From Oceanispirochaeta sp. (lineage in GTDB: Bacteria > Spirochaetota > Spirochaetia > DSM-2461): a stretch of DNA of 64,000 bases. Location of the stretch: positions 1,088,001 through 1,152,000 of the forward strand of contig CAXXXD010000003.1 in NCBI GenBank assembly GCA_963663385.2, read 5' to 3'. The notes under the pieces are model-generated. The model ran no database searches. It saw only the letters and a program-made list of their open reading frames with translations, and was not told the DNA's origin. Made by a program: the position numbers and the translations under genes. Below, piece after piece: positions 53,457 to 61,307 of this stretch (position 1 is the stretch's first letter; each line of letters starts with the position of its first letter).

Positions 53457-54284
53457 CTACACGATGATAACGTCTCTTACCCCTTCTTCCCGGGCTATAT
53501 CACTGCAGCGTATCAGCTCTTCCGGATCCAGGGGCATGTCTCCATGTAGTCCGATACCCTCCTGCCGAACCCCGTTGGGTCTGTAGGCAATCAGTTTATA
53601 CCGACAGGAATCTCCCAGAATCCCGGCCGTATTTCGAACCGTTTTATCATTTATCCAGTTTGGGAGGAGTACGGTCCGTACTTCATACAGTTTTCCTTTA
53701 TTCAGCAGAAGGTTCAGGTTCTTAAGGACTTCTTTATTATCACCGCCAGTGATTTTTCTGTGTTTTTCTTCTCCCCAGGCTTTTATATCCAGCATAAAAG
53801 CATCGGTTACTTCCAGCAGCTCCTCCTTAAGGGGAACACCGCCGTTGGTATCGATAAAACAGGTCAGCTTGAAATGATCCTTTACCTTCCGGAACAGTGA
53901 AATCAGAAAATCCTGCTGCAGGGTACACTCTCCGCCGCTGCAGGTGATGCCGCTGATAAAAGGGGCCGCTTTAGTAATCTTTGTTAGAATCTCCTCTTCA
54001 CTTATAAGAGTTGTTTTGGGAGAGGAAAGGGACGGGCAGCTTCCAAGGCATGCTCCGCAGTTAGTACAGACCGTACAATCCCACTGGATTCTGTCCTTTT
54101 TGAGAGAAAGAGCGCCGACTGGGCAGCTGGACATACAGGAGCCGCAGTGATTGCAGGGATTGATGGTTTCCGGGTTATGGCAATAGGTACAGTGAAAATT
54201 GCAGCCCTGAAAAAAAATCACCATCCTGTTACCTGGACCATCCACGGAGGAAAAGGGGATGATTCTGTTAATCACAGCGTTCAT
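53457..54284 (-). CDS. yjjW: YjjW-family glycyl-radical activating enzyme
   Basis: VDGPGNR, CNFHCTYCHNPE, 2x[4Fe-4S] insert, SGGEC, DTNG, DIK. Confidence 0.9.
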   Translation of the reverse strand: MNAVINRIIPFSSVDGPGNRMVIFFQGCNFHCTYCHNPETINPCNHCGSCMSSCPVGALSLKKDRIQWDCTVCTNCGACLGSCPSLSSPKTTLISEEEILTKITKAAPFISGITCSGGECTLQQDFLISLFRKVKDHFKLTCFIDTNGGVPLKEELLEVTDAFMLDIKAWGEEKHRKITGGDNKEVLKNLNLLLNKGKLYEVRTVLLPNWINDKTVRNTAGILGDSCRYKLIAYRPNGVRQEGIGLHGDMPLDPEELIRCSDIAREEGVRDVIIV

Positions 54285-54289
54285 CTATG

Positions 54290-55798
54290 CTACTTCCTTA
54301 CGGGCCGTTCCATAATGCGGGCGTCCTGTTTCATGGCAAGGCCCAGAACAGTGCTCTGATTTATCACCGCCCGGCCCTGTTCCAGTTTCTCCATTTCGGA
54401 GCGTTTAACAAGATAGCCTGTAATGCGTATTACATCGCTGCTTCCCGAGTAGGCGGAAAAGTATCGGAGCCCCGAATTCATGGCTCCCTTGACAACATCT
54501 GCCAGAGCCTCAGGATTATTTATATAGGTATCTTCAAAAACAAATATATCTCCTATACCGCTTGTAAAATACTTATGAAAAGGGGCGGACTGTATCAGGT
54601 GTTCCATAGTATCCGGTTCCTCGCCAATCGGAATGCGGCAGCCCGGGGATATCCCGTAATCACTGTCGATCCCCACCTGGGCATGAAGCAGGTGACGGCC
54701 ATTGAAGCAGCCCACGTAGGGGGAAACGTGGCTTTCTACCTTGTTCTTCAGAGTTTCGATAATCTGCAGTCCCAGTTTATCCGCCTTATCGGATTTTCCG
54801 AAACGGTCTGCATTTCCCTCCCGTTTCATAAGAAAGTTTACTGCTTCCGCCAGGCCGACAACCCCGAACATTCCGGTAAATTCACTCTTATTGATAAAGC
54901 CTTCTTTAACCAGAAAGCTGCTTTTAAAGAAAGCCGACTCTTCTGTGAGGAACCGGATACGCTCATCCATAAGGTTCAGCATGGTCCCGGCTGCATCGGG
55001 CAGTATGGTTTCCAGAAAATCCGTAAGAGAGGCTGACTCTTCCGCCACACGGCTCAGGATGAGTCTCTGCAGGGTAAATCCTCCGCCTCCCAGGGGGAGG
55101 CCGTTATAGCAGCTGGCAATGGCATAGCTGCCGTTTTTTGTGCCGGCAAATTCCTTCTGATAGATTTTATGATTGGCAAAGCTCGGTTTGGCCGTTTTAA
55201 GGGCCGTCCGGTCGCTTAAATTCAGAAACTCATCGGATGTAACCCCCTCTTCATACTTGAGGGTCAGGTTGGGGACGGCGCAGTTCAGTTCTTCCGATAC
55301 TTCCAAAATTATCCTTCCCGCCGGTGTATCCAGAGGGCCGATATTGGCATGGACAAAAGATCCGGTCTGGGTTCTGTCCAGATGCTGAAAAAACAGCCTG
55401 ACGGCCAGGCGGGCCTCTTCTTCGTTATCTTCCCTGATAAAGGGATTCAGGAGGGTGTCCAGGTTTCCCAGGTATACAGGGAAGTAGTCTATGGAGGGAA
55501 CATGGGAGTAGAAGATCATCAGGGCGTGCGTTGCTTCCCAGATATTGTTGGGAGGATCCAGCTCCAGGAATTCACACCCCTTTTTCATAAGCTGTTCATA
55601 GTCGGGAATGACGTACCGTGGCCGGTAGGGTGCGTTCCCTTCGAAGAGGGTGCAGATCATCCCTTTATCGATCATGTCCCGGGCTTTATCATCCATATTT
55701 AAAATATCCAGAGAATCCTCTGCTGTTTTTGCCAGTCCGAATACCTGCTGATGATAGGTTAAGGTGTGATCCTTGATAATTTCCAATGCTCTGTCCAT
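54290..55798 (-). CDS. yjjI: YjjI-family glycyl radical enzyme (DUF3029)
   Basis: EGNAPYRPRY, HANIGP, SCYNGLP, HAQVGI, PGCRIPIGEEP, Gly loop IRITGYLVK. Confidence 0.9.
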   Translation of the reverse strand: MDRALEIIKDHTLTYHQQVFGLAKTAEDSLDILNMDDKARDMIDKGMICTLFEGNAPYRPRYVIPDYEQLMKKGCEFLELDPPNNIWEATHALMIFYSHVPSIDYFPVYLGNLDTLLNPFIREDNEEEARLAVRLFFQHLDRTQTGSFVHANIGPLDTPAGRIILEVSEELNCAVPNLTLKYEEGVTSDEFLNLSDRTALKTAKPSFANHKIYQKEFAGTKNGSYAIASCYNGLPLGGGGFTLQRLILSRVAEESASLTDFLETILPDAAGTMLNLMDERIRFLTEESAFFKSSFLVKEGFINKSEFTGMFGVVGLAEAVNFLMKREGNADRFGKSDKADKLGLQIIETLKNKVESHVSPYVGCFNGRHLLHAQVGIDSDYGISPGCRIPIGEEPDTMEHLIQSAPFHKYFTSGIGDIFVFEDTYINNPEALADVVKGAMNSGLRYFSAYSGSSDVIRITGYLVKRSEMEKLEQGRAVINQSTVLGLAMKQDARIMERPVRK

Positions 55799-55817
55799 AA
55801 TTTTTTTCTCCCTAGGT

Positions 55818-56519
55818 TTAGAATTCCTGCCTGATTTTTACATTATGTTTTTTCAGTTCCCTGTAACAGGAACGGTTTATAACAATTTTCCCTTTATCCG
55901 TAGCAATTAAACCGTTGTCTCTGAACTTTTTAAGGCATCGGTTTACGGTTCGAACGGATAGTCCCAGTTGCTCGGCTATTTCCTGTCGACCTGTTAATAT
56001 CCTTAGGTTTTGGGATTTCTGACTATCAAACATTTCAGTCAGATACTCTCCGATTATATAGGCGGAGGGATAATACAGAACATCTCCATGAGTATAGGAT
56101 TCCCGGCATACATTGACGGCCATTCTGTAAGCAACATCTCGCGCAAAAGGGGCCGAATATTGAAACCAGCGGGTAAATTCTTTTCTTTTCAAGCGAATTA
56201 TCCGGCACTCTGTCTGCGCTTCGGTTGTCGCCGTATAGGTTTCCCTTTCTGCAATAACCTCAAAGGAGCCGATATACGCCGGGGGAGTCAAATAGGCAAA
56301 GCTGTATAGTTTTCCGCTTTCAAACTCATTCAGAACCCGCATATGCCCTTCAATCAGGATATCGACAAAATGTATGAGCTCTCCTTTTCTGGCATTGACC
56401 TTTCGGGGAGGTATCTCTTTTAAAACGGCAGTGTTCCATATCCCCTCCGGAATATCGTTAATATAATCCAGGTCTTGCGTAACTGATGTCAGGTATTTAT
56501 ATAACTCTTCCCGTAACAA
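55818..56519 (-). CDS. Crp/Fnr family transcriptional regulator
   Basis: cNMP-like beta-roll (IGSFE) plus HTH RQEIAEQLGLSVRTVNR. Confidence 0.88.
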   Translation of the reverse strand: MLREELYKYLTSVTQDLDYINDIPEGIWNTAVLKEIPPRKVNARKGELIHFVDILIEGHMRVLNEFESGKLYSFAYLTPPAYIGSFEVIAERETYTATTEAQTECRIIRLKRKEFTRWFQYSAPFARDVAYRMAVNVCRESYTHGDVLYYPSAYIIGEYLTEMFDSQKSQNLRILTGRQEIAEQLGLSVRTVNRCLKKFRDNGLIATDKGKIVINRSCYRELKKHNVKIRQEF

Positions 56520-56561
56520 GCTCTTCTCCTCTATGACATTAGTTTAATTATAGCTATAAAA

Positions 56562-56581
56562 AAAAGGACATCTGTCCCTTT
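56562..56581. promoter_or_regulatory. Candidate Crp/Fnr operator
   Basis: AAAAGGACA-TC-TGTCCCTTT dyad upstream of the Crp/Fnr-yjjI-yjjW operon. Confidence 0.55.
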
Positions 56582-56638
56582 TTATGAATTTTATTCCTCA
56601 TCTTGTTAATTTTGTGCATATAAATCATTAATAAGGGT

Positions 56639-57577
56639 ATGAGCAGATGGATGGAATTGGAAAGTTACATTGCAGGTCGGGGTGCTTTCAGCGGTGAAGG
56701 CTGTTATAAAGTCTTCCATGGGCCGTCGGGTATTCTGCCGGGTCTGGAGTCCCTTATTATAGATAAGCTGGCTTATGTAATTTTTGCTGTAACCTATGAA
56801 ACGTTTCTGCCGGAGGACCTTTCCGATCTGGTCGGGATTCTGGAAAAACACTTTCCCGGGAATTTTATCCGCATTCAGGAAAGGGGAAACGGGCCGGCCA
56901 GGGAAGTGTATGTGTCAGGCGCCATGCCGGAAAATCTGATTGTTTCCGAAGGGGAGGCCAGGTTCTATATCCATCCCGGCAGGGGGCAGAACATCGGTTT
57001 TTTTCCGGATATGGTAAACGGCAGAAAAAGGATTGCCAGTTACATCAAGGAGAGGAATACGGGAGGGGCAGTGCTGAACCTGTTCTCCTATACCTGTTCC
57101 TTTTCCGTTTCCGCGCTCCTGGCCGGAGCGGAACGGGTGGATAACTGGGATATGAACCGTAACTCCCTGAATATAGGAAAAAAGAACCATGAGCTTAACG
57201 GGCTTGATCCCCGCCAAAAGGCATCTCGTTATTTTGCCTACGATATTTTTAAATCCCTTGGTAAGGTCCGGAAAAACGGTCCCTATGATTTGATTATTAT
57301 GGATCCGCCGCCTTTTCAGGGGGCCAGTTTCTCCTATAAAAGGGATTATCCAAAGCTGATTCGGCGTACGGGAGAGTGGCTGAAAGAGGGGGGAGCCTGC
57401 CTCTTCTGTCTTAATGCCTCCGAACTGGGATGGAAGGAATTTCAGGAAATGATAAACAGTTCCCTTACCGGCTCCTTTCGAAATATGGAAGAAGTGCATC
57501 CTCCTAGAGATTATGTTGGAAAACATTCAGATAAAGGACTGAAGTGCTATTTCCTGTCAGGGTGGTCATTAAGCTGA
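56639..57577 (+). CDS. RlmI/RlmK-like SAM-dependent methyltransferase
   Basis: GFFPDM..GR, VLNLFSYTCSFSV, YDLIIMDPP. Confidence 0.85.
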   Translation: MSRWMELESYIAGRGAFSGEGCYKVFHGPSGILPGLESLIIDKLAYVIFAVTYETFLPEDLSDLVGILEKHFPGNFIRIQERGNGPAREVYVSGAMPENLIVSEGEARFYIHPGRGQNIGFFPDMVNGRKRIASYIKERNTGGAVLNLFSYTCSFSVSALLAGAERVDNWDMNRNSLNIGKKNHELNGLDPRQKASRYFAYDIFKSLGKVRKNGPYDLIIMDPPPFQGASFSYKRDYPKLIRRTGEWLKEGGACLFCLNASELGWKEFQEMINSSLTGSFRNMEEVHPPRDYVGKHSDKGLKCYFLSGWSLS

Positions 57578-57628
57578 AACACACCATATATGGTGGGTAA
57601 AACCGTTAAAAAACGTCTGTCTTTTATT

Positions 57629-57657
57629 TCAAGTTTACTACTGTATGCCTCCGATAC
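57629..57657 (+). promoter_or_regulatory. sigma28 (FliA)-like promoter of flaB
   Basis: TCAAGTTT ... TCCGATAC; spacing slightly longer than the enteric consensus. Confidence 0.55.
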
Positions 57658-57680
57658 TGCCCATGAAGCGTAGTTTTCGT

Positions 57681-57721
57681 ACCTGGCAAGGATGCCGGGG
57701 TAATTAAAAATTCATGGAGGA
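57681..57721 (+). promoter_or_regulatory. CsrA-binding sites in flaB leader
   Basis: Hairpin CCTGGCA-AGGA-TGCCGGG with GGA in loop; second ATGGAGGA at the SD. Confidence 0.7.
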
Positions 57722-57728
57722 ATAATCA

Positions 57729-58589
57729 ATGATTATCAATCACAACATGAGTGCCATTACGGCACAGAGGCAACTTGGAAATGCGAACGGCAGCTCGGCC
57801 AGCAATATGGCGAAGCTCAGTTCGGGTATGAGAATCAACAAGGCGGGGGATGATGCTTCGGGACTGGCTGTATCGGAAAAGATGCGCTCCCAGATCCGCG
57901 GACTGCACCAGGCTTCCCGCAATGCGTCGGACGGTATCTCTTTTATCCAGACCACTGAAGGGTTTCTGCAGGAAACGACAGACATTATTCAGAGGGTACG
58001 GGAACTGGCTGTTCAGTCATCCAACGGTATTTATACTTCGGAAGACAGAATGCAGATTCAGGTAGAGGTTTCCCAGCTTATTGACGAAATGGATAGAGTC
58101 GCTTCACACGCACAGTTTAACGGCATGAATATGCTCACCGGACGGTTTGCTGCCGATACAGGCACTAACACTGTTACGGCTTCCATGTGGATCCATATCG
58201 GAGCCAATATGGACCAGAGAGAGCAGATTCATATCGGAACCATGACCTCCGATGCCCTGGGGCTCAGACAGATTGCCACGGGAGATATTATGTCTCTCTC
58301 GACACCCGAGCAGGCCAACAGAGGAATAGGTGTACTGGATCAGGCGCTTAAAACTGTAAATAAACAGCGGGCCGATTTGGGGGCTTACCAGAACAGGCTG
58401 GAAATGGCTGTTAAGGGAATTGATGTGGGGGCTGAGAACCTGCAGGCTTCCGAGTCCCGTATCCGCGATCTGGATATGGCCAAGGAATCTGTTGAGTTTA
58501 CCAAGAACCAGATTCTCTCCCAGGCAAGCAATGCCATGCTGGCTCAGGCTAATCAGAGAACCCAGAGCGTTCTGCAGCTGCTGCAGTAG
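57729..58589 (+). CDS. flaB: Periplasmic flagellar filament core protein FlaB
   Basis: [62 protein letters not shown]. Confidence 0.97.
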   Translation: MIINHNMSAITAQRQLGNANGSSASNMAKLSSGMRINKAGDDASGLAVSEKMRSQIRGLHQASRNASDGISFIQTTEGFLQETTDIIQRVRELAVQSSNGIYTSEDRMQIQVEVSQLIDEMDRVASHAQFNGMNMLTGRFAADTGTNTVTASMWIHIGANMDQREQIHIGTMTSDALGLRQIATGDIMSLSTPEQANRGIGVLDQALKTVNKQRADLGAYQNRLEMAVKGIDVGAENLQASESRIRDLDMAKESVEFTKNQILSQASNAMLAQANQRTQSVLQLLQ

Positions 58590-58611
58590 TTTTTATTATT
58601 TCAGAAAGTTT

Positions 58612-58643
58612 GGGGGGCTGTCCTTTGGGACAGCCCTTTTTTT
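58612..58643 (+). terminator. Intrinsic terminator after flaB
   Basis: GGGCTGTCC-TTTG-GGACAGCCC-T7. Confidence 0.85.
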
Positions 58644-58644
58644 A

Positions 58645-60285
58645 TTACTCTTCCATGCTCAGATTTCTGAAAAAAGTAATATCCTGCTGGTCTTTTGACA
58701 GTTCATCCGATTCAAACTGCAGATCCACCAGGTCTCCCGCTGCTGTCAGTACAATGGCTGTTCCAGAGTCTGCTGATCCTACAAAAATACGTTTATCTCC
58801 CTGAATCATAAAATAATAAAGGCTTTCGCCGTTTTCTACTGAGTCGGATATCCTCGAAATACGACCCCTAATGCTTTCCAGTTTAAGTTCTTTTTCCATA
58901 TCCTGTCCCACCAGGCTGCCGGACAAGACAGAACGGTAGGATCTGAGAGCATCCTGCCTGTCTTCGCCGATCCCGACAAGGCTGTAATCCTCCACAGAGA
59001 TATAGGCAACCATTTTTATCAATCCCGCTTTGTCCTTCAGGGTACAGACATAGGTCGGTTTGCCCAGAATATTATACAGAATAGGCTGTGAGGCCCGGTA
59101 ACCTTTCTCCTGTACTTTCCCTTCCGCGGATTGGGCCGCGGCGTATTCCGTGGCTCCCGACTGTTTATAGTATTTTGTCTTTTTGTTTCTTGTATCGATA
59201 AGAACAAAACCTACCGTCGATTCATCAGACCCGCTTGATGTTAATCCCGTGTACCAGTAGGACCGGCCGTCCCCGCCGTAAACCAGGGACATGCCGGGAG
59301 TGCTTTTCATCACGCCGGTTTCGGAGGTTACGGCATTCAGCCAGCCGTTCCTGTATTTTCCCCAGTCGTTCAGTTGCCTGTTTACAATGTGTTCCGGCTG
59401 GATCCTGTCAATCCAGTCAGGTGCCTCTTCAACATGGAATTTACGGATCTCCCCGGTCGCGGCATCGAGAAGGGTTATACCAGTTATGTTGTCCCCCCTG
59501 AATCCTATGCTTTTCCTGTACCGGGAAATAACCCAGAAGGGATTTCCTTCATCATCAATTTCAAAAGTGTAATCGGTTAACCCTACAGCCATATGACCAT
59601 GAAAATAGAGATATCGTCTTATCCGGGTCCCCAGGTATCCCCAGGGCTGGTACTTTATCCGGACAGGGCCTTTAGATGTCTTCTGAACCAGCTTGACATC
59701 CTGCGGATTTGTGGCCGAGACCGTTATGTATCCGGGTGTCCCCTGTCTGTTAACCCACCACTTGGAGAAGCTCCTGTGAATCAGGGGGGCAACCCAGTAA
59801 AGCTCCCCCTTTACCTGCTGTATGCTGAAATCTCCCAGTTTGGCACTGCTGCCGAGGGAGGGATCCTGTCCGATGGTTTTTTCTCCCAGTACTCCGGCCA
59901 TTTCCCGGTCCACCAGTCTGATTTGCGAAGGATCAACCGCTTCCATATCATCCATAAAAGTTCCGTCTTCCACACTTCCCAGGAGGGATGCGTAGGTTTG
60001 AGCGTGAAACATGGCAGCACTTGTCAGCAGGGGGAGTACAATTATCAAAAACAGCGCTGTCATCATGGTAATCCAGGGGGCCAGCTGGGGTCTTTTCGTT
60101 CTCTTTATGGAACGGATAAACGATATTATTCCGCCCAGAAAAAGTATCCATGCCCAATCGTTGAATCCCCAGCGGAAGTTCGGTGTAAAAAAATAGAAGA
60201 AGAAGGGGAGCAGAACAAAAAAAGGAATAAAATCCTTAATACTGTTGTCCCGGTCTCGAAACATGCTCTTTTTTTTCTTACCCAT
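58645..60285 (-). CDS. Hypothetical membrane protein (3 N-terminal TMs, large extracytoplasmic domain)
   Basis: 546-aa ORF with AGGAGAG RBS; motifs FEIDDEGNPFW, PDWIDRIQP, YWYTGLTS, PILYNI. Confidence 0.8.
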   Translation of the reverse strand: MGKKKKSMFRDRDNSIKDFIPFFVLLPFFFYFFTPNFRWGFNDWAWILFLGGIISFIRSIKRTKRPQLAPWITMMTALFLIIVLPLLTSAAMFHAQTYASLLGSVEDGTFMDDMEAVDPSQIRLVDREMAGVLGEKTIGQDPSLGSSAKLGDFSIQQVKGELYWVAPLIHRSFSKWWVNRQGTPGYITVSATNPQDVKLVQKTSKGPVRIKYQPWGYLGTRIRRYLYFHGHMAVGLTDYTFEIDDEGNPFWVISRYRKSIGFRGDNITGITLLDAATGEIRKFHVEEAPDWIDRIQPEHIVNRQLNDWGKYRNGWLNAVTSETGVMKSTPGMSLVYGGDGRSYWYTGLTSSGSDESTVGFVLIDTRNKKTKYYKQSGATEYAAAQSAEGKVQEKGYRASQPILYNILGKPTYVCTLKDKAGLIKMVAYISVEDYSLVGIGEDRQDALRSYRSVLSGSLVGQDMEKELKLESIRGRISRISDSVENGESLYYFMIQGDKRIFVGSADSGTAIVLTAAGDLVDLQFESDELSKDQQDITFFRNLSMEE

Positions 60286-60380
60286 ACTTGTTCTCTCCTT
60301 TAAAGGATTTCAATTTATGGGGCTTTTTCCTGTTAGTATTAATTTTAGGTTAGGGTGGGGGAGTGTACAATGGTTAGTAA

Positions 60381-60665
60381 TCAGAAAATAAAAAACTTCC
60401 CCGATATCCGGTGCCGGCTTTCCGGATTGGAAGATTGGCTGTTGATAAAAAGTATCAGGGTGCAGGTATTGGATGCAGATTATTGAAGCAGGCTCTTTTA
60501 AAAGCGGTGGAAGTCTCTGGAAAAGTTGGTCTCTATGCCGTTCTTGTCGATGCTATTGATGAAAAGGCAAAAGCATTTTATGTAAAGTACGGGTTTATTC
60601 CATTTGAAGAAAAACCAATGACTTTATTTCTTCCTGTCGCAACGATCAAGGCTGCTGTGCAATAA
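60381..60665 (+). pseudogene. N-terminally truncated GNAT toxin (TacT/AtaT/KacT-like)
   Basis: In-frame KKLPRYPVPAFRIGRLAVDKKYQGAGIG...LVDAIDEKAKAFYVKYGF; in-frame TAA at 60378-60380; no antitoxin. Confidence 0.75.
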
Positions 60666-60788
60666 AGAATATCGGATAAGTCTATATAACCTTTGATATT
60701 GAACTGGATATTCCGGGTTATGTGTTTTTCGAAAGTCCGGCATTAGAAAATGGCTTTTAATTATTAAGATTTGTGCTATATTGTTTTC

Positions 60789-61265
60789 ATGAACAAAATA
60801 TATCTGTGTTTACTTATGATTATAGGTTCCGTTACTGGTTGCGTATCTAATGATTTGGAGTCCGATTGGGAATACCGGATTGAAATACGAAATAAAGGTA
60901 CAAGAAGCGAAGGCCGTGTTGGTATTCTTGAGTATCAGGATGAACAGATTTCCGGGGTATTTGATTCGATTCTGATAGATGGAAAGCGGTATAGGATGGC
61001 CCGCAGCGAGTTTAACTGGGAGGACCAAGGTTATTTTCCCGAAGGAAGGGAAAAGCCTATTCCTGAAAATTCTGAAGTGGTCAGTAAGGATGATCTGAAA
61101 AGAGGCTGGTATGAGATTCAGTGCAACTGTAAATCAGAAACTCCTGAAAGCTGGGTGATTGTAGAGTTTAAAGATAAGAAGGTCTATTTGGATCCAGAAA
61201 AAATAGATGATTTGATAGAACATTATCAACTGAATCAAACCGGACTTATATTAAATATTAACTAG
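60789..61265 (+). CDS. Hypothetical lipoprotein
   Basis: MNKIYLCLLMIIGSVTGC lipobox-like signal. Confidence 0.7.
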   Translation: MNKIYLCLLMIIGSVTGCVSNDLESDWEYRIEIRNKGTRSEGRVGILEYQDEQISGVFDSILIDGKRYRMARSEFNWEDQGYFPEGREKPIPENSEVVSKDDLKRGWYEIQCNCKSETPESWVIVEFKDKKVYLDPEKIDDLIEHYQLNQTGLILNIN

Positions 61266-61270
61266 GACTG

Positions 61271-61303
61271 AAAAAAGGCACCGCGATGAACGGTGCCTTT
61301 TTT
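61271..61303. terminator. Bidirectional intrinsic terminator
   Basis: A6GGCACCG-CGATGAA-CGGTGCCT6. Confidence 0.88.
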
Positions 61304-61307
61304 AGTA

